From an uncultured Halobacteriales archaeon (GTDB taxonomy: Archaea > Halobacteriota > Halobacteria > Halobacteriales > SKSH01): a DNA stretch of 64,000 nucleotides. Positions within the stretch are counted from its first letter, which is position 1. Each line of letters opens with the position of its first letter. The notes beneath the pieces are model-generated. The model did not search any database. It worked only from the letters and a program-made list of their open reading frames with translations, and was not told the DNA's origin. Positions 27,310 through 37,241 of this stretch are shown here, piece by piece. The stretch is taken from assembly GCA_964639975.1 (NCBI GenBank), contig CAZXER010000002.1, positions 39,135-103,134 of the forward strand, read 5' to 3'. The position numbers and the translations under genes are program-made.

Positions 27310-28464
27310 GTGACAACTCTGGTCCTCTGTGTCGACCGCACGAACGAGGTCGGTCGACTAGCGGACACCGAGTCACCGGTCATCGGTGTGGCCGACATCA
27401 AATCGTTGGTGCTTGATCTCGGTGTCGCTGATCCAGAGGTTTCAGCGGTCAATGCGCTCTTGGCGACGCTCCGAGTCACCAGCGACCTGGAGGATGACGG
27501 GGTTGAGGCGATGCCGATCGTGGTGTCGGGTTCGCACGAATCGATGGTGAGCGCTGATCGATCGATCGCAGATCAGCTCGACATGCTTGCTGATGAGTTC
27601 GACCCCGAATCGGCTGTGTTGGTGCTTGATAGTGCCCAGGACGAGCGCGTCATTCCCATCGTCGAGAGTCGATTTCGGGTCGATTCGGTGGATCGCGTCG
27701 TCGTCCGACAGGCACGCGATCTCGAGTCGACATACTATCTGATGAAACAGTTCCTGGCTGACGAGGAGCTCAGACAGACCGTGCTCGTCCCGATCGGGAT
27801 CACGCTCCTGGTGTTCCCAGCGCTCTCGCTGTTGGCTGGCACTGCAGTGGCATTCGCCACGATCACCGCGGTGATCGGGTTGTTCCTGATCTACATGGGC
27901 GTGGGCGTGGAGGACTACGTCGCTGTCATCAGCAACTGGGTCCGTCGATCACTGTACTCCGGGCAGGTGTCTATCGTCACCTACGCGGTGGCAATAGGCC
28001 TGTTAATCGTGGGGATCGTGGCCGGCATCCTCGGTGCCTCGAGCATCCAGGGACAGGAGGGACCGCTGATGGTGTCCATGCAGTTCGTCTATGATAGCGT
28101 CCTCTGGGGGGTGGCTGCCGGTATCGTGGCCTCGACGGGCCGGCTATTGGACCTCGTCATCCAGGAGGATCGGATCCGGTTGACGTATCTCAACCTCCCC
28201 TTCGTCGTCCTCAGCGTCGGCCTCGTCCTCCGTGGGTTCTCGGGATACCTCCTGGCCGGTGCGGGTCATCTCTCCACGTTTCGAACCCCGGTGATCGACT
28301 ATGGAGTCGTGAGTATCGATTCGTTCGAGCTTGGTGCTGGGGAGGTGCTCGTTGCCTACGTGGTTGGGGCGATCATCATCACGATCGCCGGCGTGCGTAT
28401 CTCGAGCTACCTGAACGAGCTCGCAGCCTGGACCGATGAGGTCGGCACGCAGGAGGCGAGCTAG
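27310..28464 (+). CDS. DUF373-like integral membrane protein
   Basis: Cytoplasmic N-domain (TLVLCVDRTNEVG...) followed by about 6 TM segments. GTG 27310 chosen because a TATA box TTTTTGTATAT (27280-27290) sits 20-30 nt upstream. The ORF-track start 27283 is TTG, inside that box. Confidence 0.7.
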   Translation: MTTLVLCVDRTNEVGRLADTESPVIGVADIKSLVLDLGVADPEVSAVNALLATLRVTSDLEDDGVEAMPIVVSGSHESMVSADRSIADQLDMLADEFDPESAVLVLDSAQDERVIPIVESRFRVDSVDRVVVRQARDLESTYYLMKQFLADEELRQTVLVPIGITLLVFPALSLLAGTAVAFATITAVIGLFLIYMGVGVEDYVAVISNWVRRSLYSGQVSIVTYAVAIGLLIVGIVAGILGASSIQGQEGPLMVSMQFVYDSVLWGVAAGIVASTGRLLDLVIQEDRIRLTYLNLPFVVLSVGLVLRGFSGYLLAGAGHLSTFRTPVIDYGVVSIDSFELGAGEVLVAYVVGAIIITIAGVRISSYLNELAAWTDEVGTQEAS

Positions 28465-28471
28465 GCAATCG

Positions 28472-29203
28472 ATGGCCGATGGCACGTACGCAGCCCTCTT
28501 CTCGGGAGGAAAGGATTCGTATCTGGCACTCGAACTGGCCAGCGAGCAAGGCCATTCGATCGACCGGTTGATCACGGTCGAGGCGCCCGCAGGCTCGTAT
28601 CTGTATCATACCCCTGCGATTCAGCTCACGGGCGTGATCGCCGAGGCGCTCGCGCTGCCCCATGAACGGCTCGAACTTTCCTCGACCGAGACCGGAGTCA
28701 CCTCGAGTGAGGCCGCTGCCGCGACCGAGATCGAACCTTTGCGGGACTGGATCGAGGATCAACTGGAGCGCTCCGCCTCGTTCACGGGTATCGTCTCCGG
28801 TGTCGTCGCCAGTGACTACCAGTATCAGCTACTCCGTGAGGTGTGTGATCGACACGACCTCGAGCTCGTCACACCGCTGTGGGGGTGGGATGGTCGAGAC
28901 GTACTCGAGGCGGTACTGGCTCGCGACGTGTCGGTCGACATCGTCGCGGTCGCCGCAGAGGGCCTCGATCGGTCGTGGCTCGGTCGTCGACTGGACGACT
29001 CAGCCATCGAAGAACTCCTGACTGTGGCAGACCGCTACGGCATCCATCCGGCTGGCGAGGGCGGCGAGTTCGAGACGGTGGTCGTCGATGCTACGCGATT
29101 CTCAACACCCATCACCTACACGGCTGACCCGATTTGGGAGGGTACCCGCGGACACCTCGCCGTCCGTGACGCTCAGGGTACGCACACCGAGACCTCGCTG
29201 TAA
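28472..29203 (+). CDS. PP-loop ATP pyrophosphatase, diphthine--ammonia ligase (Dph6)-like
   Basis: Trimmed to ATG 28472. ALFSGGKDS PP-loop and C-terminal EGGEFET motif typical of the MJ0570/Dph6 family. Confidence 0.75.
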   Translation: MADGTYAALFSGGKDSYLALELASEQGHSIDRLITVEAPAGSYLYHTPAIQLTGVIAEALALPHERLELSSTETGVTSSEAAAATEIEPLRDWIEDQLERSASFTGIVSGVVASDYQYQLLREVCDRHDLELVTPLWGWDGRDVLEAVLARDVSVDIVAVAAEGLDRSWLGRRLDDSAIEELLTVADRYGIHPAGEGGEFETVVVDATRFSTPITYTADPIWEGTRGHLAVRDAQGTHTETSL

Positions 29204-29237
29204 TGCCGGTGATCGGAGAGAGCACCGCTAGCTGTCC

Positions 29238-30221
29238 TTACGTGCCGTGATCGTCCTCTCCGGTGATCCGAGAGTGCGCACCGATCCTGGCGTGGGTGAG
29301 TGAGACATCCGAGACCACCGCCTCCTCATCGACGATAGAATCAACCAGGCGAGCATCGGACACCTCGACATCGCCGAAAACGATCGTCCGTTCGAGCGTC
29401 GACCCGTGGACTGAGGCTCCAGTTCCGATGAGGACTGTCTCGCCGAGTTCGGAGTCGGAAACCTCCGCGTCGTCCGCGACCAGCTGACTCTTCTCAAGGG
29501 ACCAAGCGACGGCATCGAGATACGTCTCCGGGGTACCGATATCGAACCAGGTGCCATCGAAGTCGAAGGCAAACACATCCTGGCGTTGCTGTAGCCACTG
29601 GATGAACCATCCAGGCTCATCGGGATTGTTCTCACCGGCGAGATAGTCCTCGAATAGCTGGATGGTCTCTGCGGGGAAGGCGTAGCAGGCAATCGAGACG
29701 AGCGTCGATTTCGGTTCGTCAGGTTTCTCCTGAAATTCGACCACCCGGTCGCCATCGAGCGCCACGAGACCGTATGCCGAAGCATCGGAACGGGATCCGA
29801 CATCGTACGCAGCGAGGCATGGATCGCCTCGGTGCTCGAAGAAGTCGATAAACTCGCCGATATTGAAGCTGAAGAGGTTATCGCCTCCGATCACAAGCAG
29901 ATCGTCATCTCGGATCCCCTCGCGCTCGAAGAGCTGGGCAAGGGCGCCGATGACGCCGATTTTCTCGTTCTCAGCGACGGTCTCTTCGATCGAGAGCTGC
30001 GCCTTCTCGTAGTGGCGGTCATCGAGAAACGATTCGAAGGACTGCTTGAATCGACGGTTCGTACTGACGTACACTTCCTCGATCCTCGACTCATCCTCTA
30101 GCGATTTGAGGATCGTATCGATGACCGTCCCCTCGCCGAGGGGCAGGAGCATCTTCGGGCGGTGGCGGGTAATCGGCCACAACCGGGTCGCGTACCCACC
30201 GGCGAGGACGACACACTTCAT
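29238..30221 (-). CDS. sugar-1-phosphate nucleotidyltransferase with C-terminal left-handed beta-helix
   Basis: MKCVVLAGGYATRLWPITRHRPKMLLPLG at the chosen ATG 30221 (alternative ATG 30260). Hexapeptide-repeat-like C-terminus. Confidence 0.8.
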   Translation of the reverse strand: MKCVVLAGGYATRLWPITRHRPKMLLPLGEGTVIDTILKSLEDESRIEEVYVSTNRRFKQSFESFLDDRHYEKAQLSIEETVAENEKIGVIGALAQLFEREGIRDDDLLVIGGDNLFSFNIGEFIDFFEHRGDPCLAAYDVGSRSDASAYGLVALDGDRVVEFQEKPDEPKSTLVSIACYAFPAETIQLFEDYLAGENNPDEPGWFIQWLQQRQDVFAFDFDGTWFDIGTPETYLDAVAWSLEKSQLVADDAEVSDSELGETVLIGTGASVHGSTLERTIVFGDVEVSDARLVDSIVDEEAVVSDVSLTHARIGAHSRITGEDDHGT

Positions 30222-30281
30222 ACCGTCCGGGAGCGGTGTCGGCGATAAGTGATTTTCCATCGCCGACTCACAGTCCAACCG

Positions 30282-31148
30282 TTATCCATAGTGCTCAGCC
30301 TCGATAGCTTCGCAGAAGGTGGTCTGGAGGCTGTCGGTAATCGATCCCCTGCTGAGTTGGACCCCATCGACCGAGCCAATCGGCCACACCTCTGCGGTGG
30401 AGTTCGTCAGGAATGCCTCGTCTGCAGTCCGCAGCATCTCAGGTGAGATGCGTGTCTCCTCGACCGGAATCTCGAGATGATCTGCCAGTTCGAGAACCGT
30501 TGCTCTGGTGATACCGGGCAATACCCCGGTGGATACTGGGGGTGTCATCAGCCTCCCATCTTCGACCACGAAGAGGTTGCTCGTCGCCCCTTCCGTAATG
30601 GTGCCCTCCCGGTCACACATGATGGCTTCGTCCTCGTCCTCGTGCAGCTCGAGGCGGGCAAGGATTCCGTTCAGGTAGTTGTGTGTCTTCGCGCTGGCAG
30701 GGATGGCGTCGTCTGGGATCTTGGTGACATCGACGATCCTGACCGCGGCGGGTCCATCCCAGGTAGGAGCGCCCTCGGTCCCCCCGCGGTTGAGCGGTCT
30801 GATGATGATCACGACCGTTGGCTCGATCTCGGGTGCGGGGGACAGCACCCCGGGTTGTACGCCTCGAGTGATGGAGAGCCTGATCGCGGCCTCGCTCTCA
30901 TCGTTGGCATCGAGAACGCGATCTACCCCCTGTTTCAGTCGTCCTCGCGGGATATCGTGCGCTAACGCGAGGAGATCGCACGTGTCATCGAGGCGGTCCA
31001 TGTGGCGGTCCCATGCATGAATCGAGCCTCCGTAGACGCGCATCGTCTCGAAGGCCGCGTCTCCGTAGAGGAAGCCCCGATCGCGAACGTTGACCACCGC
31101 GTCGTCCGCGGGCACGAGCTCCCCATCAACGAGGTATGTTAGCGTCAT
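30282..31148 (-). CDS. pabC: class IV aminotransferase-fold protein, probable aminodeoxychorismate lyase
   Basis: Fold-type IV PLP enzyme pattern (RGFLYGDAAFETMR...). 4-nt overlap with the upstream pabA. Confidence 0.75.
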   Translation of the reverse strand: MTLTYLVDGELVPADDAVVNVRDRGFLYGDAAFETMRVYGGSIHAWDRHMDRLDDTCDLLALAHDIPRGRLKQGVDRVLDANDESEAAIRLSITRGVQPGVLSPAPEIEPTVVIIIRPLNRGGTEGAPTWDGPAAVRIVDVTKIPDDAIPASAKTHNYLNGILARLELHEDEDEAIMCDREGTITEGATSNLFVVEDGRLMTPPVSTGVLPGITRATVLELADHLEIPVEETRISPEMLRTADEAFLTNSTAEVWPIGSVDGVQLSRGSITDSLQTTFCEAIEAEHYG

Positions 31149-31759
31149 GAGCCACCGTCCGTTGCTCGATCACAGAACGAGGCGATCATCTGCTTACCGA
31201 TCGAAAGCGACCCCGAATCCGTTCCGTCCGCCTTCCCGGTGAGGATGCTCTCCGGATGGAACTGGACACCGAAGTGGGGTTGGTCTCGGTGCCTGACGCC
31301 CATCACGATCGATTGCTCGTCGTCCACCGTCCATGCCGTCTCGACGAGGGGGTCGACGAGATCGTCGCGATCGATGGCCAATGAATGGTACCGACCAACC
31401 TGGATGCGAGGTGGAACCTGTCGATAGATGCCATCCCCGTCATGCCTGATGGTGGAGGGCTTCCCGTGGACAACCGACGGGGCATGCACGACCGGAATCC
31501 CGTGGGCGGCACACATCGCTTGATGTCCGAGACAGACGCCAAGCATCGGCCCATCCCACTCGCGAAAGAGGTCGACGATGATTCCGGCATCCTCTGGACG
31601 GCCAGGACCTGGCGAGACGATGATTCCATCGGGATCCAGCTCACTGATGTCGTCGAGATCGACCTCGTCATTGCGGACGACCTCACAGGTGGTCTGCTCG
31701 CCGACGTACTGCACCAGGTTGTAGACGAACGAATCGTAGTTGTCGATTACGAGGATCAT
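31145..31759 (-). CDS. pabA: glutamine amidotransferase subunit of aminodeoxychorismate/anthranilate synthase
   Basis: Class I GATase: MILVIDNYDSF, catalytic GVCLGHQ, and FGVQFHPES. Confidence 0.85.
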   Translation of the reverse strand: MILVIDNYDSFVYNLVQYVGEQTTCEVVRNDEVDLDDISELDPDGIIVSPGPGRPEDAGIIVDLFREWDGPMLGVCLGHQAMCAAHGIPVVHAPSVVHGKPSTIRHDGDGIYRQVPPRIQVGRYHSLAIDRDDLVDPLVETAWTVDDEQSIVMGVRHRDQPHFGVQFHPESILTGKADGTDSGSLSIGKQMIASFCDRATDGGS

Positions 31760-33243
31760 GGCTCTCCCCGTGGCTCTGTTGCAATGGCATCCCGAATCGC
31801 GGCTGCCTTCGCGAGGGTCTCTTCATACTCGCTGTCTGGGTCAGAATCGTGGACGACACCGCCACCGACGCGGAGGCGGTAGTGGCCGTCGTGCTGTTCG
31901 AGCGTCCGAATAACCATGCTCGACCGGATGCGATCATCGAAGCCGATGACGGCCATGGAGCCGGTGTAGGGCCCCCGCCGTCGGTCCTCGAGTTCGTCGA
32001 TGATCTCCATGGTCCTGGGTTTCGGGGCTCCCGTCACCGTCCCGCCCGGCAACATCGCCGCAAACACCTCGTCGAGGGATTCCTCGGGATCGAGCGTCCC
32101 CTCCACCACGGAGACGAGATGCCACACCGACGCATATCGGTCGACGCGCCGATATTCGGTCACCTCGACCGACCCAGGAACCGAGACGCGACCGAGGTCG
32201 TTTCGCTCGAGATCGACCAACATCGCATGCTCGGCACGTTCCTTCGGGTCAGTGCGCAACTCCCGTGCCAGTGCCTGATCAGCCGCTTTGGTCTCCCCGC
32301 GTGGACGGGTGCCGGCAATCGGCTCCGTCTTCAACTTCTGGCCGGTCCGCTCAAGGAGCAATTCGGGGCTTGTCGAAACCAGATCGATATCCGGTGTTTC
32401 AAGGAGCCCACTGTATGGAGCAGGGTTCGCGTCGCGAAGCGACTCGTACACGTCGACGGGATGGATCGTGGCCGCCCCATCGAACCGTTGTGACAGGTTG
32501 ACCTGGAAGGTGTCTCCCTCGCGGATGTACTCTTGGACCGTCTCGACCTTGTTGCGGTACTCGGCTCTATCGACGCCCGGGGTGAAATCGATGGTCTCGG
32601 TCGGCATCCCCCACTCCGCCTCCGGTGACCCTCCCTCCACGCTGGCCACGAGTTCGGATATCCTGTCTCGTCCACGATCGAACGCGTCATCCGGATCGTC
32701 ACCGATGCGAGGGCAGCTGGTCAGTTGCAAGGTGGTCTGCGCGCCCTCGAGCGGGGTTCGCCACGAGGCGACGGTATCGAACCGGGCGAACCCGAGGCGG
32801 GGCAGTGGTCGATCACGGATCGTCGAATCTGGTAGATTCTCGAGCTCTCGGGCGATGTCGTAACTGAGCCAACCGATCCAACCGCCGGGAATTGGCGGCA
32901 CCTCCTCGGTGAGATGGATCGATTCGTCGGCGATGACCTCCGAAAGTGCCTCCAATGAGGAGACGTACTCGTCGCCGAGGTCCGCTGGATGGACCGACAA
33001 CGTTGCTGTCGGATTCACGCCGAATACGTTCCAACCCCCATCCTCACCGAGCGTCTCGAAACAGGCTGCCCAGCCGCCATCTCGGGCACGGCGGAACGCC
33101 AGCCACGGATCGGGGACTGACAGCTCTGCAAGCAGGGGCAACCGAGTCCCTGCATCGAGGGAACCAGCGCGCTCACGGTAGTCCTCGCGTGCTGTCACCC
33201 ACCGGAGTGTACCGGCCTGCCCGGGGGTGTCGGACTCCCTCAC
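31756..33243 (-). CDS. pabB: aminodeoxychorismate synthase component I (chorismate-binding enzyme)
   Basis: Chorismate-binding C-terminal domain (GGTVTGAPK, GPYTGSMA). No in-frame ATG near the N-terminus. GTG 33243 forms a GTGA overlap with the upstream stop (alternative GTG 33279). Confidence 0.8.
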   Translation of the reverse strand: MRESDTPGQAGTLRWVTAREDYRERAGSLDAGTRLPLLAELSVPDPWLAFRRARDGGWAACFETLGEDGGWNVFGVNPTATLSVHPADLGDEYVSSLEALSEVIADESIHLTEEVPPIPGGWIGWLSYDIARELENLPDSTIRDRPLPRLGFARFDTVASWRTPLEGAQTTLQLTSCPRIGDDPDDAFDRGRDRISELVASVEGGSPEAEWGMPTETIDFTPGVDRAEYRNKVETVQEYIREGDTFQVNLSQRFDGAATIHPVDVYESLRDANPAPYSGLLETPDIDLVSTSPELLLERTGQKLKTEPIAGTRPRGETKAADQALARELRTDPKERAEHAMLVDLERNDLGRVSVPGSVEVTEYRRVDRYASVWHLVSVVEGTLDPEESLDEVFAAMLPGGTVTGAPKPRTMEIIDELEDRRRGPYTGSMAVIGFDDRIRSSMVIRTLEQHDGHYRLRVGGGVVHDSDPDSEYEETLAKAAAIRDAIATEPRGEP

Positions 33244-33557
33244 GGCCCCTCGACGTGCACCCTCGCCCGTTCGATCCACGTGGCAAGGCGGGTTTCAGAA
33301 ATGTCCGTTTCTGCTACCAGTTCCTCGGCGTCGGCCGAAGCCAGCGCTGGTACCGAGTCGATCCCAACATCGCGTAGCTTATCGCCATACGTCGGACCGA
33401 TCCCCTTGATATCCTCGAGCACAGTTTGCTCGGGATCGGGGTCCGCTTCCTCCATACCCGGATGCTCGAGATGGACCGTCACGTCGGATCCCTCGACATC
33501 GGTGTCGGGGCTGCCATCCAGTCCGAGCATTCGTTTGAGTCGTTCAACGAGTCCCAT
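33240..33557 (-). CDS. small helix-hairpin-helix protein
   Basis: 105 aa. HhH motif DIKGIGPTYGDKLRDVGIDSV. Strong TATA box TTATATTAT (33581-33589, minus strand) 28 nt upstream of the ATG. Confidence 0.65.
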   Translation of the reverse strand: MGLVERLKRMLGLDGSPDTDVEGSDVTVHLEHPGMEEADPDPEQTVLEDIKGIGPTYGDKLRDVGIDSVPALASADAEELVAETDISETRLATWIERARVHVEGP

Positions 33558-33580
33558 CGACTGGCGGATACACCCGGCGA

Positions 33581-33589
33581 TAATATAAG
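33581..33589 (-). promoter_or_regulatory. TATA box of the HhH-pabBAC operon
   Basis: Minus-strand TTATATTAT centred 28 nt upstream of ATG 33557. Confidence 0.55.
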
Positions 33590-33621
33590 TTACAGGAGAT
33601 GGACCAACATCGAGGTTGCTG

Positions 33622-34428
33622 TCACGTCGACGTGCCCATGGCTCGTTCGAGTGCCTCTGCCATCGCCTGCCTCGGTGCAGGCTCGGACCGCCACCGTTCG
33701 TACGAAGCGACGGCCTGCTCGAGCAGCAGCGTCACGCCTGAGATGGTGTTCGCACCCTCGGCATGCGCATCGGTCAGCAATCGAGTTCGTTGCGGCCGGT
33801 AGACGGCATCGATGACGGTATGTTCAGCCTCGAACACGCCTGTGTCCAGCGGTGAAACGTCTTCTTCGAGTCCGACGGACGTCGCGTTGACGATAAGCCC
33901 CGCTGGAGGAACGCTTTGGACGACCTCCGAGAACTCGACTGCCCTGGCATCCTCATACCGGGAGGCCACCGCCTCGGCACGTTCGAACGTTCTGTTCGCG
34001 ATCGTAACGCTCCATCCAGCCTCGATGAGGGCATGGACGTAGGCTTTCGCAGCCCCACCGGCACCGAGCACGAGCGCATCGTGAGGGGCGTGTTCAAGCT
34101 CATCGAGCACGGCCGCCATCGCGTGAACGTCGGTGTTGTCCGCCAGGGGTGGCTCCTCGCGAAAGTCGATCAAATTGGCCGCACCAACCGTCTGTGCCAC
34201 CGGCGTTGGTGCCGTCACCTCCATGATCGTCTCCTTGTGGGGGATGGTCACGTTCAGACCGGCCACTTCGAGGGCGTCAGCACCGTTAACGGCCTGAATG
34301 CAACGGTCAGCTTCGACGTGAAACGGCACGTACGTGGCGTCGGTCTCGCGGGCAGCGAACGCCGCCTCGAACATCACTGGTGATAGTGAGTGTTCGATCG
34401 GTGACCCGATGAGACCGTACACGTCCAT
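33622..34428 (-). CDS. aroE: shikimate dehydrogenase
   Basis: Trimmed to ATG 34428 (MDVYGLIGSPIEHSLSPVMF). GAGGAAKA NADP-binding loop. Confidence 0.9.
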   Translation of the reverse strand: MDVYGLIGSPIEHSLSPVMFEAAFAARETDATYVPFHVEADRCIQAVNGADALEVAGLNVTIPHKETIMEVTAPTPVAQTVGAANLIDFREEPPLADNTDVHAMAAVLDELEHAPHDALVLGAGGAAKAYVHALIEAGWSVTIANRTFERAEAVASRYEDARAVEFSEVVQSVPPAGLIVNATSVGLEEDVSPLDTGVFEAEHTVIDAVYRPQRTRLLTDAHAEGANTISGVTLLLEQAVASYERWRSEPAPRQAMAEALERAMGTST

Positions 34429-34508
34429 ATCGTGATGGAACCCCGGGACTGTCAATTGCGTTGCGGTGGGACGCGAGGGTTAAGGGCCACACCGACTCAG
34501 ACGAGGGT

Positions 34509-35822
34509 GTGATCGGGATCCTGGCAAGCCGTGAAGATGTGGCATCGATGACCATTGCGAGGGAGTTGCTCACCCTCGAGACCGGAGCGGAGTACGACTC
34601 TCTCGATGATCGCTACCGACTCGACGGGGCGGAGCTCGTGGTCGTCGATAATATACACCTCGCGTTAACGGCCGTTCAGGACCACTTCGAGACCGATCCC
34701 TCGTGGATCGCCATCGTCTCGAAACATGCCGGCGATACCGGGTCGTTGCTCACGGCGCACTTTCCGGGTAACGTCGGTGACGCCGATTTCGGCGGTACCG
34801 CGATGACCCTTCCGCCTGCGTGCCCCCATGCACTGTCGGCCTATGTTGAGGCACTCATCGAGCGTCGCCCACCCGACTTCGAGGTCGGTATCGAGTGCAC
34901 CCATCACGGACCGACCGATTCTACCGTCCCACTCATGTTCGTGGAGATCGGCAGCGACGAGCTTCAGTGGCGCAACACGGAGGCGGCAAGAGCCGTCGCC
35001 TCGGCCGTTCTGGCTGTGCGGGACGAACCGCCGAGGAGTGACCGCCAACTCGTCGGAATCGGGGGCGGTCACTACGCACCTCGCTTCGAGCGGGTGATTC
35101 GTGAGACGAACTGGGATGTTGGCCATATTGCGGCTGATTGGGCGCTCCAAACGGTGTCCCAGCCTGAGCAAGAGGCGGTGATACGGTCCCTGTTCGATGC
35201 AAGTGGAGCCTCGCATTGTCTCATTGATGGTACCTATCCCGAGTTGGAGACGCAGATCGAGGCTCTCGGATATCGAGTGGTGTCTGAACGGTGGCTGCGA
35301 GCGACGACACGGGTGAGCGAATCGGTCCTCGATTCACTCGAGGATTCGCTTGGGACGATCGATGGCGAGCTAGCACTCGGCGATCGAACGGTTCCGTCGC
35401 CGGAGGCGTACCAGATCGTGGAGCTTCCGCCCGCGTTGTTCGAGGAATGTGCGTCCATCGATCTCGATCGGACTCTCGACGCCGTCGAATCCAACACCAT
35501 TGCCTACACCCGGGCCGATACCGGTGCGCATCCCGCGGGGCGATTGGCGGTCCCATCTCCGAAGGCGACCCGCACCCTCATCGATGCGCTCGAGGTGATC
35601 CTCTCCGGCAAGTACGACTCGGTCGAACGAAGGGAAGACCAGCTCGTTGTAACCCGCCAGAGTTTCGATCCGGAATCAGCAACTGACCTCGGTGTCCCAG
35701 AGGGTCCGCTCTTCGGACGCCTAGCTGCTGGAGAGGCTATCACGATCGATGGGCGTCGGATCGAACCAGCTGACGTGATGGACGAACATTCGGTGACGTT
35801 CTCGCTCCCACGGGACGTATGA
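34509..35822 (+). CDS. dtdA: archaeal-type D-aminoacyl-tRNA deacylase (DtdA) with long C-terminal extension
   Basis: GTG 34509 (VIGILASREDVAS...) sits 28 nt after the TATA-like GGTTAAGG. N-terminal ~270 aa are DTDA-like (SKHAGDTG...TAHFPGN...ECTHHGP). About 170 extra C-terminal residues. Confidence 0.75.
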   Translation: MIGILASREDVASMTIARELLTLETGAEYDSLDDRYRLDGAELVVVDNIHLALTAVQDHFETDPSWIAIVSKHAGDTGSLLTAHFPGNVGDADFGGTAMTLPPACPHALSAYVEALIERRPPDFEVGIECTHHGPTDSTVPLMFVEIGSDELQWRNTEAARAVASAVLAVRDEPPRSDRQLVGIGGGHYAPRFERVIRETNWDVGHIAADWALQTVSQPEQEAVIRSLFDASGASHCLIDGTYPELETQIEALGYRVVSERWLRATTRVSESVLDSLEDSLGTIDGELALGDRTVPSPEAYQIVELPPALFEECASIDLDRTLDAVESNTIAYTRADTGAHPAGRLAVPSPKATRTLIDALEVILSGKYDSVERREDQLVVTRQSFDPESATDLGVPEGPLFGRLAAGEAITIDGRRIEPADVMDEHSVTFSLPRDV

Positions 35823-35872
35823 CATCCGTCTGACGAAGCCTCATTACGAATCCGTGGCTATACCCGCTATAG

Positions 35873-37009
35873 ATGGATTCAATCGTCGAAGAGGCCATCG
35901 ATGAGGCCGAAACGGGGGACGGGTCAGACATCGAATTCAGCCAGTACGACAACCACGGGACAGACGACACCAGCGAGGTATCAGATGACGAGTTACAGGA
36001 TCTCGTCAGCGACCTCGAGACGAACATCACCGTGATCGGATGTGGTGGTGCGGGCAGCAATACGATCGATCGGATGTATCGGGAGGGCATCCACGGGGCC
36101 GATCTCGTGGCGCTGAATACAGACGCACAGCACCTCCTCGAGATCGAAGCAGACCGGAAGCTCCTCATCGGCGAGCAAGCCACCGGTGGACGCGGTGCAG
36201 GGTCCGTTCCGCAGGTCGGAGAGGAGGCCGCGATCGAGGATCAGCAGGATATCCTCGATGCTATCGGCGATTCGGATATGGTCTTCGTGGCCGCCGGACT
36301 GGGCGGCGGGACCGGCACCGGTTCAGCCCCGGTCGTCGCCAAAGCCGCGAAGGAAGCTGGGGCCCTCACGATCGCCGTGGTCACCACTCCGTTCAGTGCC
36401 GAGGGTGAGGTCAGACGCGACAACGCTGAAGCCGGGCTCGAACGTCTGCGTGAGGCAGCAGACACGGCGATCGTCGTCCCCAACGATCGCCTCCTCGATG
36501 CTGTCGGTGAATTACCCGTTCGCCAGGCGTTCAAAGTGGCCGATGAGGTCCTGATGCGAAGCGTGAAGGGTATCACTGAGCTGATCACCATGCCCGGGTT
36601 GGTCAACCTCGACTTCGCTGACGTCCGGACCGTCATGGAGGGTGGCGGGGTGGCCATGATCGGCCTCGGCGAGAGCAACTCTCAGCGGAAAGCCCAGGAA
36701 TCCGTGGTCGCCGCCTTGCAGTCGCCGCTGCTGGATGTCGACATCACCGGTGCCCATGCGGCGTTGGTGAATGTGACCGGTGGTGAGGACATGACGATCG
36801 ATGAGGCCGAAGGTGTGGTCGAGGAGATCTACCATCGTATCGACGGCGACGCGCGTATCATCTGGGGAACCTCGGTCGACGAGGAGCTCGAGGGAACGAT
36901 GCGGACCATGATCGTCGTGACCGGCGTCGACTCACCCCAGATTTACGGTCAGGATGGCCAAGCTGCCGACGACGAGGTAGCCACCGCTGGAGTGGACCTG
37001 CTCAACTGA
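35873..37009 (+). CDS. ftsZ1: cell division GTPase FtsZ (FtsZ1 type)
   Basis: [13 protein letters not shown], tubulin signature [12 protein letters not shown], and the conserved ftsZ-secE-nusG context. Confidence 0.95.
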   Translation: MDSIVEEAIDEAETGDGSDIEFSQYDNHGTDDTSEVSDDELQDLVSDLETNITVIGCGGAGSNTIDRMYREGIHGADLVALNTDAQHLLEIEADRKLLIGEQATGGRGAGSVPQVGEEAAIEDQQDILDAIGDSDMVFVAAGLGGGTGTGSAPVVAKAAKEAGALTIAVVTTPFSAEGEVRRDNAEAGLERLREAADTAIVVPNDRLLDAVGELPVRQAFKVADEVLMRSVKGITELITMPGLVNLDFADVRTVMEGGGVAMIGLGESNSQRKAQESVVAALQSPLLDVDITGAHAALVNVTGGEDMTIDEAEGVVEEIYHRIDGDARIIWGTSVDEELEGTMRTMIVVTGVDSPQIYGQDGQAADDEVATAGVDLLN

Positions 37010-37057
37010 GGAATCGGAGCAACAAGGTAATAGGCGACGGGACATCTAGACGAGCGT

Positions 37058-37225
37058 ATGAAAGTACCGCGGGATCTCACCTCGTACGTTCGCGTCCTGA
37101 AAATGGCCGCGACACCGTCGCGAGAAGAGTTCATGCAGGTGGCCAAGATCGCCGGGCTCGGTGTCTTGCTCGTCGGAGCTATCGGCTTCATCATCTTCGT
37201 GGCGATGGGATTCTTACCGGCCTAA
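37058..37225 (+). CDS. secE: protein translocase subunit SecE (Sec61 gamma)
   Basis: Hand translation (55 aa, below the ORF-track cutoff): MKVPRDLTSYVRVLKMAATPSREEFMQVAKIAGLGVLLVGAIGFIIFVAMGFLPA. Single C-terminal TM, located between ftsZ1 and nusG. Confidence 0.85.
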   Translation: MKVPRDLTSYVRVLKMAATPSREEFMQVAKIAGLGVLLVGAIGFIIFVAMGFLPA

Positions 37226-37241
37226 GAGGCGAACGATACAC

